Assembly (NCBI GenBank): GCA_017545525.1
Contig: JAFWMT010000003.1
Span: 60,694-124,693, forward strand
Direction of reading: 5' to 3'
Source: Candidatus Saccharimonadota bacterium
Lineage (GTDB): Bacteria > Patescibacteriota > Saccharimonadia > Saccharimonadales > Saccharimonadaceae
DNA length: 64,000 nt
The notes under the pieces are model-generated. The model worked only from the letters and a program-made list of their open reading frames with translations, did not search any database and was not told the origin of the DNA. Position numbers and translations under genes: made by a program. Shown piece after piece: positions 18,866-27,976 of this stretch (the stretch's first letter is position 1; every line of letters begins with the position of its first letter).

Positions 18866-19570
18866 TTAATTAATCCTGAAACAAATGATTAATATTGCGA
18901 TAATAAAGTAGCTAGAACCGAGAAGGACACGAGTGAAATTTTTATCCTTAATACGAGAACGTTCGATTTGGGCAAGATTACGACCAGATTGGAAAAGCCA
19001 GCGTTTAATGAAAAGTGATACGACGGGAGAAAGAATATAAATAATGGTGAGCAAAGTATTAGGTAAAGGCATGTTGTTCATGCGCATAATTTCAGCAGAA
19101 GTAATAATGTAAAGTGGTAGAGTAAACATGAGTTCTAGAACGCCGGTTAGAGCACCGAGGACAAAAGCGTCTGAAGTAGTTTTGACAGTTTTGGCATAAT
19201 GGATAAGAGTGTTTGCGAATTCACGAGGAATAAAAAGTCTTGTACCTGGACCACGACGAAAATAAAAGAAGAAGCTAGCGAAAGAAAGAGCGAAAAGAAC
19301 GCCAACGATAATCCAAGTAAGGACATTGTTTCTTAGGTCGGGATGATCGAAAAATAAAATAGAAGTCAAAAAATAAACGGAAAGAAATAGGCAAGCGGAA
19401 ATTATTTCCGTACCAAGAATGAAAAAAAGACTAAGACGAGAGGCGCTTTTTCTGGAAAATCTACCAATAGTGTAATGGTAAAAAAGAATGAAAACGCCCG
19501 GAGTGAGTTCCAAAAAAGCCATGATAAGCATAGCCAGAATAAGAATTCCTAAAGGGGTCAAAACGCTCAT
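18866..19570 (-). CDS. polytopic membrane protein
   Basis: Multiple TM helices. Start set at MSVLTPLG because TATAAT (complement of 19577-19582) lies 6 nt upstream. Confidence 0.5.
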   Translation of the reverse strand: MSVLTPLGILILAMLIMAFLELTPGVFILFYHYTIGRFSRKSASRLSLFFILGTEIISACLFLSVYFLTSILFFDHPDLRNNVLTWIIVGVLFALSFASFFFYFRRGPGTRLFIPREFANTLIHYAKTVKTTSDAFVLGALTGVLELMFTLPLYIITSAEIMRMNNMPLPNTLLTIIYILSPVVSLFIKRWLFQSGRNLAQIERSRIKDKNFTRVLLGSSYFIIAILIICFRIN

Positions 19571-19630
19571 GTTTAGATTATAACATGTGGGGGGTTGATT
19601 TTCTAGAGGCTTTATGCTAGTTTCCACGTC

Positions 19631-21028
19631 ATGAAGAAAATTTTATTTATTTTTACTTTAATATCAGGATTAATAATGGGTGGAATTTTCGGTGTGGGGA
19701 ATGTTTTGGCATATGCGTCTGAAGATGACGGAACGCATTTAGAGCTTCCGGAAATCTATATCAGAGCGGTTAATCCTGGTTATACTGTAGATGGAAAAAG
19801 CAATGTTGGAGAGCTGATTGAAATTTCCCGAAAAAACTCCGACGCACTGATTTCGCTCGCTGGAATGGCTGTCAGCTATACTAATTCACGCGGGAATAGT
19901 TCGATTTTGTTCGAATTTCCCGAGCACAGCTTTTTGACTGGCGAGAACCTTCTCCTTCGATTGGCTAGCTCACCTGACAGTGAGCTAGCTAACGTGAATT
20001 ATAAAACGACGATTGCGATAACGGCAGGGAAGATTTCGCTAATAAAAGGAGAGGAGATTTTAGATGAAGTTTGTTGGTCGGGAAAGGATGGATGTTATAA
20101 GGCGTTTGATTCGAAAAAACCGACGACGCTAGTAAGGAATCTGGAGACTTTAGAATTTGAACATGTAGCTAATTATGAACCGGTTTATGAAGAGGACAAT
20201 TATAAAGTAGAGGCAATAGATGATGATGGGGAGGGGCAAGTGACGGAAAGCCAGTGCAAAAATTTAAGATTTTCGGAAATACTGAGTTATTATGAAACTT
20301 TAAAATCGGAGCAATTTATCGAATTTTATAATGCAGGTTCGGAACAGATTTTGATGGATGGATGCAAAATTAGGTATAAAAATAAAAACTATGAACTGAC
20401 GGGAATTTTAAAAGCGGAAGGATATTATGCATATTATCCATCGGAATTTAGCTTAACTAAAAATCCGGCTAATGCGAATACACTTGAGATAATTGACACA
20501 ACTGGCGAAGTAGTAGATAAATTGGTTTATCCGAATGGGCAAAGAAAAGGAACGACGTATGCATGGATTGGGTATGATGAAAAAGGAGAGGAGATTTGGC
20601 GAGTGACTTATGCGCCAACGCCTGGAACAGAAAATAATTATCAGGAATTTAAAACTTGTGAGGCGGGGAAAGTGATAAATGAGGCGACGGGAAATTGTGT
20701 GAAAGTGACAACATTGACAGAAAAAGTTTGTAAGGAAGGTTATTATTTAAATATTTTGACGGGAAGGTGTAAGAAATATGAAGAGAAAAGTGAAAAAACT
20801 TGTAAAGAAGGATATTATTTAAACCCAGAAACGAATAGATGTCGGAAAATTGTTGAGAATGATGGAGCAGATTATAGTTTAAAACCAGAAAATTATGAAG
20901 AAAGCTCTTCGTTCGTGGGTTTATATGCGGTACTGGGCGTAATAGGGGCAGGATTACTATATATGATATATGAATTTAGGAAAGAGATCCTGAAGCTTTT
21001 GAAGCGAGTTTTTCGATTATCTCGTTAA
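19631..21028 (+). CDS. secreted protein with two lamin-tail-like domains, three Cys-bracketed repeats and a C-terminal TM anchor
   Basis: Signal peptide. FSEILSYY...QFIEFYNAG...MDGC LTD-like signature. CEAGKVINEATGNC / CKEGYYLNILTGRC / CKEGYYLNPETNRC repeats. C-terminal TM. Confidence 0.55.
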   Translation: MKKILFIFTLISGLIMGGIFGVGNVLAYASEDDGTHLELPEIYIRAVNPGYTVDGKSNVGELIEISRKNSDALISLAGMAVSYTNSRGNSSILFEFPEHSFLTGENLLLRLASSPDSELANVNYKTTIAITAGKISLIKGEEILDEVCWSGKDGCYKAFDSKKPTTLVRNLETLEFEHVANYEPVYEEDNYKVEAIDDDGEGQVTESQCKNLRFSEILSYYETLKSEQFIEFYNAGSEQILMDGCKIRYKNKNYELTGILKAEGYYAYYPSEFSLTKNPANANTLEIIDTTGEVVDKLVYPNGQRKGTTYAWIGYDEKGEEIWRVTYAPTPGTENNYQEFKTCEAGKVINEATGNCVKVTTLTEKVCKEGYYLNILTGRCKKYEEKSEKTCKEGYYLNPETNRCRKIVENDGADYSLKPENYEESSSFVGLYAVLGVIGAGLLYMIYEFRKEILKLLKRVFRLSR

Positions 21029-21599
21029 AGACTTCTTCGCGGGATTGTTCGCCGTTGACTTTAATGAGGAGATTGAGCGTTTCGTAGTGTTCCAAGACAG
21101 GGAGAGTTTTTTCACGAAATTCTTTGAGACGAGTGGCAAAAATCTTCGGGTCTTTATCATCAGCACGGTCGCCACGATCATTTAAGGTTTTAGCATTTTC
21201 AAAACGTTTTTTAGCTTCGGATTCGGAAATATGGAGATTGATTACGGCTTTAATGGCGTGTCCAGCACCTGCGGCAATAGACATAACTTCGGTTTCTTCA
21301 CCAGACCAACGGCCGATGGAAGAAAGGATGAGAGGATATTTAAAAAGGTCGCGGCGTTCAAAATAGGGTAAAACCCATTTATAAAAGACATTAGTAGGAA
21401 TAAGTGCGCCAGAATCGGAATAAGATTTTTGGCTTTCTTTTTCCATGGCACGAATAATGATGCCAGAAGATAAAAATTTAGCGTTTAGAGCTTCGGCGAG
21501 TTTTAGACCTTGGGTATCTTTGCCGGACATCGGAAGTCCGAAAATGTTAATACTGCCAGTGCCCAACCATTTTTTAATTGTCTCAATTTTGTCGTCCAT
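20976..21599 (-). CDS. adenylate kinase-family nucleoside monophosphate kinase (divergent P-loop)
   Basis: FGLPMSGKDTQG P-loop region and overall Adk-like length. The 3' end overlaps the convergent gene. Confidence 0.55.
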   Translation of the reverse strand: MDDKIETIKKWLGTGSINIFGLPMSGKDTQGLKLAEALNAKFLSSGIIIRAMEKESQKSYSDSGALIPTNVFYKWVLPYFERRDLFKYPLILSSIGRWSGEETEVMSIAAGAGHAIKAVINLHISESEAKKRFENAKTLNDRGDRADDKDPKIFATRLKEFREKTLPVLEHYETLNLLIKVNGEQSREEVFNEIIEKLASKASGSLS

Positions 21600-21648
21600 A
21601 ATATAATAATAGCATATATAATACGTTTAAGGGGTTTGATTGATTAAA

Positions 21649-21675
21649 TTAGCACTCTTTACATTTTAGTGCTAA
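21649..21675. promoter_or_regulatory. CIRCE operator (HrcA binding site)
   Basis: TTAGCACTC-N9-TAGTGCTAA, one mismatch to the TTAGCACTC-N9-GAGTGCTAA consensus. Lies just upstream of the hrcA -10. Confidence 0.85.
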
Positions 21676-21693
21676 TTTTATATAATATAAGGT

Positions 21694-22416
21694 ATGGAAA
21701 TAACTGCTAGACAGAGAGAAATATTGTGTCAGATTATTGAGGAGTATGCTGAAACAGCGTCGCCGGTTGGGAGTGTGACGATGGCGCGGTTGTTTGGGGT
21801 GTCGCCGGCTACGATTAGGGCAGAAATGGCGAGACTAGAAGCATTAGGTTTAATTGCGCAACCGCATACTTCGGCGGGGCGAGTGCCAACGGATGCAGGG
21901 TACCGATATTACGTTAATCATTTAGATGGAATTTCGGATGATGCGGAAAAACCGGAGATTAAATCGTTCGAGAGAGGCGTACATGCAATAGAAGTAAGAG
22001 TATCTTCGCAGTCGCAAGCGGATGCGGCGATTCGGCGAGCAGTGGATTCTTTGGTAGAGTTGACTGGTAATTTAGGGCTAGCGACGATTGGTGGGCAGTT
22101 GTATTTATCTGGGATTTCACAATTGTTTACACAACCGGAATTTGTGGATACGAGGAGAGTGCAAGCAGTAGCGAAATTATTAGACAATTTAGAACCATGG
22201 CTTCGAGAAGCAGCGCCTTTAGAGCCGTTAAATATCTTCATTGGGCATGAGAATCCGATTGGCAAAAATTCGGAAGTATCTTTGATTATTTCGAAATTCC
22301 GTTCGCCATTTTCGGATCGAAGCTATATTGGAGTATTGGGACCGACGAGACAGAATTATATGAAGGTGATGGGACTAGTGAAATATACTGGGAAAATGTT
22401 AGAAGAAACATTGTAA
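21694..22416 (+). CDS. hrcA: heat-inducible repressor HrcA (short, 240 aa)
   Basis: N-terminal wHTH REILCQIIEEY...PVGS...ATIRAEMARLE..GLI.QPHTSAGRVPT..GYR. Confidence 0.85.
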   Translation: MEITARQREILCQIIEEYAETASPVGSVTMARLFGVSPATIRAEMARLEALGLIAQPHTSAGRVPTDAGYRYYVNHLDGISDDAEKPEIKSFERGVHAIEVRVSSQSQADAAIRRAVDSLVELTGNLGLATIGGQLYLSGISQLFTQPEFVDTRRVQAVAKLLDNLEPWLREAAPLEPLNIFIGHENPIGKNSEVSLIISKFRSPFSDRSYIGVLGPTRQNYMKVMGLVKYTGKMLEETL

Positions 22417-22432
22417 AAATAAAAGGAGGAAG

Positions 22433-22882
22433 ATGAGTAAAATTAAGAAAGAAGAACAAAATGAGCCTGTGGTGGATGAAAAAGATAAACAAATTGAGGA
22501 GTTAACCGGAGATTTGCAGAGGACCCGAGCGGATTTTGAAAATTTTCGTAAACAAGTAGAAGTGCAGAGAATGTCGGCAAAAAAGTCGGCGAGACTGGAA
22601 ACTGTTTTGAGGATGTTGCCATTATTAGATGATCTGGAGCGAGCAATTTTAACTTATCATGAATTGAACCCATTGCTAAAATCTTTTGCGAAAACCTTAA
22701 AAGATTTAGATTTGGCAAGGATTCCATCAGAAAAGGGAGTGGAATTTAACCCAGATATACATGAGGCGGTAATGGTGGAAGGCGAAGGTGAAAAAGAAGT
22801 GATTGAGGAGACTTTGCGCCCTGGATATTATTACGAGGGAGAGGTACTGAGACCAGCGATGGTGAAAGTAAAGAAAGTATAG
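22433..22882 (+). CDS. grpE: nucleotide exchange factor GrpE
   Basis: RTRADFENFRKQ motif and position after hrcA. Confidence 0.85.
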   Translation: MSKIKKEEQNEPVVDEKDKQIEELTGDLQRTRADFENFRKQVEVQRMSAKKSARLETVLRMLPLLDDLERAILTYHELNPLLKSFAKTLKDLDLARIPSEKGVEFNPDIHEAVMVEGEGEKEVIEETLRPGYYYEGEVLRPAMVKVKKV

Positions 22883-22951
22883 GGGTGAAATTTAGGATTT
22901 GAAAAAATAACAGATAGGTGGTATAATTAATTAAAAGAAAAGGAATTATTT

Positions 22952-23629
22952 ATGGCTGAATATAAGTTAACGCTAGAAAAGCGTGAGATTACAGGTAAAA
23001 AATTGAAAGATTTAAGAGCCAAGGGTATGATCCCTTCGGTAGTTTATGGTGGGAAAGAGCCAGTTTTGCTAGCTTCGGAATATGTAGCAACGGAGAAAGT
23101 TTTACTTGGAGCAGGTTATCACTCGCCGATAGATTTAGACATGGCGGGAAAGAAACAGATGGCGATTGTGAAGGATATACATGTTGACCCAGTATCGCGA
23201 AAGATTATTAATATTGAATTCCAAGCAATTTCGGCAAGAGAGGTAGTAGAAGCTACGACACCGGTAGTGGTGATTAATTTTGAAGAATCGGAAGCATCAA
23301 AGATTTATCATTTTGCGATGACGCAGTCGATTGAAGAGTTGGATGTAAAGGCGAAGCCGGCAGATCTTCCAAAAGAATTAACTGTTGATGCGGCAGAGAT
23401 GAAGGAAGTAGATGACAAATTAATTATTTCGGACATTAAGTTACCGGCTGGTGTAGAATTGGCTGATAAGGAACTTGACCCGGAACAAGTAGTAGCATCG
23501 CTTTATGACCCAGCAGCTGAAGCAGAAAAACGTGAAGCAGAAGCAGTAGTAACTGAGGTAGCTGAGGAAACTGCGGAAGGTGCAGAAACTCCAGCTGAAG
23601 AAAAATCTGAAGAGAATAGCGAACAATAA
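22952..23629 (+). CDS. rplY: ribosomal protein bL25 (Ctc form) with acidic tail
   Basis: REITGKKLKDLRAKGMIPSVVYG... is the canonical L25 N-terminus. Confidence 0.85.
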   Translation: MAEYKLTLEKREITGKKLKDLRAKGMIPSVVYGGKEPVLLASEYVATEKVLLGAGYHSPIDLDMAGKKQMAIVKDIHVDPVSRKIINIEFQAISAREVVEATTPVVVINFEESEASKIYHFAMTQSIEELDVKAKPADLPKELTVDAAEMKEVDDKLIISDIKLPAGVELADKELDPEQVVASLYDPAAEAEKREAEAVVTEVAEETAEGAETPAEEKSEENSEQ

Positions 23630-23630
23630 T

Positions 23631-25472
23631 TTACTTTTCTAAAGCTTTTTGATTAGCGACGAGGCGTTCTTTGAACGCCTCGCGTGCTTTGTCGGCGTTG
23701 TCGTTATTACCTCCCCAGGCGTAGAGAGCAGGATCTTGGAGGGCACGAGCAAAAGAGAAAGTGACTGGCCAAGGGAAAGGCCCATTTTTAGTGATTTCGG
23801 CGAGATTGGCGGTAGCTTGTTCAGGGGTTTGACCGCCAGAAAGGAAAACGATTCCGGCGAGGCTGCTTGGCACGCAGTTTTTTAATACCTCAGCAGTTTT
23901 AATACCAATTTGTTCAGGTGTAGATTGGGTTTCAAATTTTTTACCAGCAAGCACCATGTTGACTTTAAGAATGCAAGCTTTAAGGTCGACTTTGAAATTA
24001 TTTAGTTCTTTAAAGAGGCAGTCGAGGATTTTGCCAGTAACGAAAGCGGATTGGTCGATGTCATAATAACCATCATAGACAACTTCTGGCTCGACGATAG
24101 GAACGAGGCCGGCAGATTGACAGTTTTTCGCATATTCGGCGAGAATTTTGCAGTTTTCTAGGATAGCGTGGTCGGAAGGTGTGATAATTTCATGTTTTTC
24201 GTCAAGGCGAATTTCGAAAGCGGCGCGCCATTTTGCGAAACGAAGCCCCATCAGATAGTATTCTTTGAGGCGTTTAGCGAGCCCATCTAGTCCTTTAGTG
24301 TATGTTTCTTCGGAGTTTTCGAATTTTTCGAGGCCTTGATCGACTTTAATGCCAGGAATAATACGCTTGCTAGTAAGGAAATCGACGAAGTTTTGGCCGT
24401 TATCGGCAAATTGACGGGCAGTTTCGTCGAATAGGATGACGCCGTTAACATATTTCTCTAAATCCGAAGTGGTAAAGAAGATGTTACGATAATCACGGCG
24501 ATTTTCATAAGTATCAGGGATACTGAGCTGATCGAATTTTTTATGGATGCTACCACCAGATTCGTCGGCGGCGAGGATACCTTTAGGATAGAGAACGAGG
24601 TTTTCGGCAATAAGCTTTAAATTAGAGTCAGAAGAGATATTTTCAGAGATGGTTTTTAGCTCATCTAAATCTAGAGTAGAATTTAATCTAGAGTTTTCAA
24701 TATTGGCACGAGCCATTTTAAGACTATCTTCTACGGAGTATCCGAGGATAAAGCTGCCAAGAATGGTGGCAGAGGCAATGGAATAGAGAGACAAATGGGT
24801 TAGAACGTCGATGCGTTCTGGGGAAATGCTTTCGGAAATATCTAAATAGGAGAGATGATTTTCGGAGAGATAAATGAGTTTTTTGGGGTCGAGATCGGAT
24901 GAAGCAGGCGCGTAGGGTTTTTCCGAATTATCTCTGTTATTTTCAGTAAAGATTAAATCGGCGGAGGTAAGCAATCGATTTAGATGTGGATTTTCAAAAT
25001 TTCTAACGTAGAGCACTAGTTTGGTGTTTGGGAATTTTTCTAGATAAGTTGAGATTTTTTGGGAGTTTTCAGAATCAATTTCGGCGGAACGGTCAAGATA
25101 AATGTAATCAACTGATATATCCGGAGGAATAAAAGTAGACTTTTTAAAAGTAGTAGGAGCAAAATAAGAGACATTTTCGTCAGAAACAAGAATGTAACGA
25201 TGAGAAGAAGCGGGGTTTAAGGCGGTTTCTTCAGAGGCAAAATTCAGGGTAGAGTTAGAAATAGCTGCCTCGAGGTTTAGTTTTTGAAGAATTTCTAAAG
25301 TAATAGCAGAGCCACCGAGACTAGATTCGCGACTGAAAAAATGGTGTTCGCTTGCGTTGAAGCTCAAATCAAGCCATTTAGTATGGTTTTTATCAGTTTC
25401 GAACTTTTCAGTTCTCGAATCAAGATTAAGATAAACGTCATTAATAACGTTGCCCACGATGAGAATGCTCAT
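23631..25472 (-). CDS. fusion: PfkB/ribokinase-like (degenerate) N-domain + class I fructose-bisphosphate aldolase
   Basis: C-terminal ~320 aa: ILAADESGGSI.KKF..., FAKWRA, active-site region typical of class I FBA. N-terminal ~290 aa: IVGNVINDVY...LGGSA but no DTxGAGD. Confidence 0.75.
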   Translation of the reverse strand: MSILIVGNVINDVYLNLDSRTEKFETDKNHTKWLDLSFNASEHHFFSRESSLGGSAITLEILQKLNLEAAISNSTLNFASEETALNPASSHRYILVSDENVSYFAPTTFKKSTFIPPDISVDYIYLDRSAEIDSENSQKISTYLEKFPNTKLVLYVRNFENPHLNRLLTSADLIFTENNRDNSEKPYAPASSDLDPKKLIYLSENHLSYLDISESISPERIDVLTHLSLYSIASATILGSFILGYSVEDSLKMARANIENSRLNSTLDLDELKTISENISSDSNLKLIAENLVLYPKGILAADESGGSIHKKFDQLSIPDTYENRRDYRNIFFTTSDLEKYVNGVILFDETARQFADNGQNFVDFLTSKRIIPGIKVDQGLEKFENSEETYTKGLDGLAKRLKEYYLMGLRFAKWRAAFEIRLDEKHEIITPSDHAILENCKILAEYAKNCQSAGLVPIVEPEVVYDGYYDIDQSAFVTGKILDCLFKELNNFKVDLKACILKVNMVLAGKKFETQSTPEQIGIKTAEVLKNCVPSSLAGIVFLSGGQTPEQATANLAEITKNGPFPWPVTFSFARALQDPALYAWGGNNDNADKAREAFKERLVANQKALEK

Positions 25473-25492
25473 GGTTTAATTATAGCACAAAA

Positions 25493-26251
25493 TTAAATAA
25501 CGCCGAGGATTCCTCTTAAGGCGTAGGCGGTATCTTCGTGATTGCGGACAGTAATAGTTTCAATCCCCATTTTAACGACTGGGTAATCGTTACCGCCTGG
25601 CTGGGTCATGTCGCCGAAATAAAGAATATCTGACTTTTCGACATTTAATTCTTCGAGGAGATGAGTCATGCCGAAGACTTTATTCATACCCGGAGTAATG
25701 GCGTTAATAGAGGTAGTACCGCCGATTTCATAGTCAAATTCGGGGGCAAGTTCTTTACAGCGAGCAACGATTTTCTCGCGTTTTTTACAGTCGGGGTCCC
25801 AGGCGTATTTTTCTTCGGTGCCAGCTTTTTGGCCGAGGGCAGAAAAAGTAACTTGGGAGAGGCGATTTTCAATGATTTCGTCACCTGGTTTTAATTTATC
25901 TTCTTTCCAGTAACCCAATTCGCGTGCTGCGCTTTCAATCGTCTCAGAGATTTTTTTCACTTGTTCATCGGTTAAGGGGTAGTTGTAGACTTGTTTCCAG
26001 TCATTATTCTCGTAACGATAATATTGAGTGCCTTGAGCAACAAAAAGGTGGAGATGACTGAGTTGTTCAGGGGTCGGATGGGGAAGACGGTCGACAATTT
26101 GAATTAAAAATTGATCGAATTTTTGTCCAGAGATAGGGCAGATTTCGAAATGATTAAGACATTTCACTAGCAAATCGGCGATTTCGTCCGTAATCGGAGT
26201 TTTCGCAACGTTTAAGGTTTGGTCAATATCAAATGCAAGAACTTTTTTCAT
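25493..26251 (-). CDS. HAD-IIB phosphatase / phosphomannomutase-like protein
   Basis: FDIDQTL (DxD) motif I and GDMTQPGGNDYP motif IV. Confidence 0.65.
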   Translation of the reverse strand: MKKVLAFDIDQTLNVAKTPITDEIADLLVKCLNHFEICPISGQKFDQFLIQIVDRLPHPTPEQLSHLHLFVAQGTQYYRYENNDWKQVYNYPLTDEQVKKISETIESAARELGYWKEDKLKPGDEIIENRLSQVTFSALGQKAGTEEKYAWDPDCKKREKIVARCKELAPEFDYEIGGTTSINAITPGMNKVFGMTHLLEELNVEKSDILYFGDMTQPGGNDYPVVKMGIETITVRNHEDTAYALRGILGVI

Positions 26252-26281
26252 GATTTCATTATAACATGATATAATGGAAAC

Positions 26282-27052
26282 ATGAAAAGTTATATCGTGG
26301 GCAACTGGAAGTTAAATTTTACGGTCGGAGAAGCTTCCATCTATCTTCATAAATTACAAAAAAATTTACCAAATTATCGAGATATAGAGGTAATAATTGC
26401 GCCCTCGACGATTGCTTTGCAGCCGCTATCTTTGCAGATAGATAGGCATAAAATGAAACTAGGCGCGCAGAATGCGTTTTACCGAGATTATGGCGCATTT
26501 ACTGGCGAGACGGCGTTTTCGCAACTAAGGGGAATAGTAGATTATTGCATCGTTGGGCATTCAGAGCGGCGATATATTTTTAGAGAAGACGATAAGATGG
26601 TAGCGAAAAAGGTGGCAGCGGCGGTACGGAATAAAATTACGCCGATTTTATGCATAGGTGAGACGGAGAGTGAACGGGCATTTGGAGAGACAGCGGATGT
26701 GATTAGAGATCAGTTAATTGGCGGGCTTTCAGAGGTAGCCGACGATGATTTAGAAAAAGTTATTATTGCTTATGAACCGATTTGGGCGATTTCGTCGACT
26801 AAGTCGGCGAAATTAGCGTCGCCAGATGAAATTGCGGAAGTAGTGAGCCTGATTCGGAAGATTTTAGGAGATACTTACGGGAAGAAATTGGCGGAAGAGG
26901 TACCGATTTTGTTCGGTGGAAGCGTTAATAGTTCGAACGCGGGAGCATATTTAACGGTTCCTGGCGTAAACGGATTATTAGTAGGAGGGGCGAGTTTGAT
27001 TTTAAGCGAATTTACTGATATAATAGAGGTAGCTAAAAGAGTAAAGTCATGA
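26282..27052 (+). CDS. tpiA: triosephosphate isomerase
   Basis: GNWKLN, VGHSERR, AYEPIWAI and GGSV motifs. Confidence 0.92.
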   Translation: MKSYIVGNWKLNFTVGEASIYLHKLQKNLPNYRDIEVIIAPSTIALQPLSLQIDRHKMKLGAQNAFYRDYGAFTGETAFSQLRGIVDYCIVGHSERRYIFREDDKMVAKKVAAAVRNKITPILCIGETESERAFGETADVIRDQLIGGLSEVADDDLEKVIIAYEPIWAISSTKSAKLASPDEIAEVVSLIRKILGDTYGKKLAEEVPILFGGSVNSSNAGAYLTVPGVNGLLVGGASLILSEFTDIIEVAKRVKS

Positions 27053-27573
27053 ATAAAAAATACATGGATTTCGTGCCGAAGGGGAAGAAGCCGGCAAAAA
27101 AGATGGCTAGTAAACCAGTGAAAGTGGCGAGGCCGGCAGTTAAATCTGAACCAGTGAAAGAAGAGAAAAAAGCGCCGGTAAAGAAGGCGGGATTAAGGGG
27201 TTATGGGATATATAACGGAGAAGATTTGAAGACGATTAAGAGTAAGAAGGTAAGCGGAGCGAGAACAGTTGGCAGGATTGTGGAAAAACCTGTGGAAAAG
27301 TCTGTGGACGAAGGGTTCAAGATTGAAGAGCGGAAAACGATGAAAATTCCGCAAACGACGTTCATTAACAAAGAGAAAGTGGTAAAAAGACCATTATCGA
27401 AGAATGTTTATCAAAAGAAAGTTGAAAAGCCGGAAAAGGTACAGACGGAACCGGTGACGATTATTTCTAAACCGGAAAAAGATAAACATGCGGGCCTAAT
27501 TATTGCGGTAATAATTACGATTATTCTAGGGGCGGCAGCGGGTACGGTCGCGTTTCTACTGTTGCCAAAATAG
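27049..27573 (+). CDS. lysine-rich protein with C-terminal TM anchor
   Basis: ATGA overlap with tpiA. K/P/V-rich. Terminal TM helix. Confidence 0.5.
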   Translation: MNKKYMDFVPKGKKPAKKMASKPVKVARPAVKSEPVKEEKKAPVKKAGLRGYGIYNGEDLKTIKSKKVSGARTVGRIVEKPVEKSVDEGFKIEERKTMKIPQTTFINKEKVVKRPLSKNVYQKKVEKPEKVQTEPVTIISKPEKDKHAGLIIAVIITIILGAAAGTVAFLLLPK

Positions 27574-27598
27574 AGGTATGTGGTATAATAAAGGGAAT

Positions 27599-27676
27599 GG
27601 TGGGATTAGCTCAGATGGTTAGAGCGTCTGATTGTGGTCCAGAAGGTCGTCGGTTCGATCCCGATATCCCACCCCA
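27599..27676 (+). tRNA. tRNA-His (anticodon GTG) with encoded G-1
   Basis: G-1 + GTGGGAT acceptor, loop TTGTGGT, discriminator C, CCA. TGTGGTATAAT promoter just upstream. Confidence 0.85.
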
Positions 27677-27719
27677 TTTAACAATGGGCGTCAAGAAACG
27701 ACGAACCGGGCTTCGCCAA

Positions 27720-27754
27720 CGGTTCGATCCCGATATCCCACCCCATTAACAATT
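27720..27754 (+). repeat. direct duplicate of tRNA-His T-arm/3' end plus flank
   Basis: cggttcgatcccgatatcccaccccatt(t)aacaat occurs at 27651-27686 and 27720-27754. Confidence 0.9.
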
Positions 27755-27755
27755 T

Positions 27756-27830
27756 GCGGGTATAGTACAGTGGTTAGTATGCAAGTTTTCCAAACTTGAG
27801 ATGAGAGTTCGATTCTCTCTACCCGCACCA
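27756..27830 (+). tRNA. tRNA-Gly (anticodon TCC)
   Basis: GCGGGTA/TACCCGC acceptor, loop TTTCCAA, TTCGATT T-loop, CCA. Confidence 0.85.
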
Positions 27831-27885
27831 GAGAATAAAAAAATGAGAGCTTGCTCTTATTTTTTGTTGTTTTATGGTCTTGTAG

Positions 27886-27914
27886 TTGACAAAACGAGTG
27901 TTGTGTGATATAAT
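27886..27914 (+). promoter_or_regulatory. perfect consensus sigma70 promoter with extended -10
   Basis: TTGACA-17 nt-TATAAT preceded by TG (gtgTGaTATAAT). Confidence 0.7.
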
Positions 27915-27976
27915 GGGAGTATATGGCACGTTAACAGTTGGTTTAGTTTGTTTCTTCAGATAAGGAGGGAAATAAT

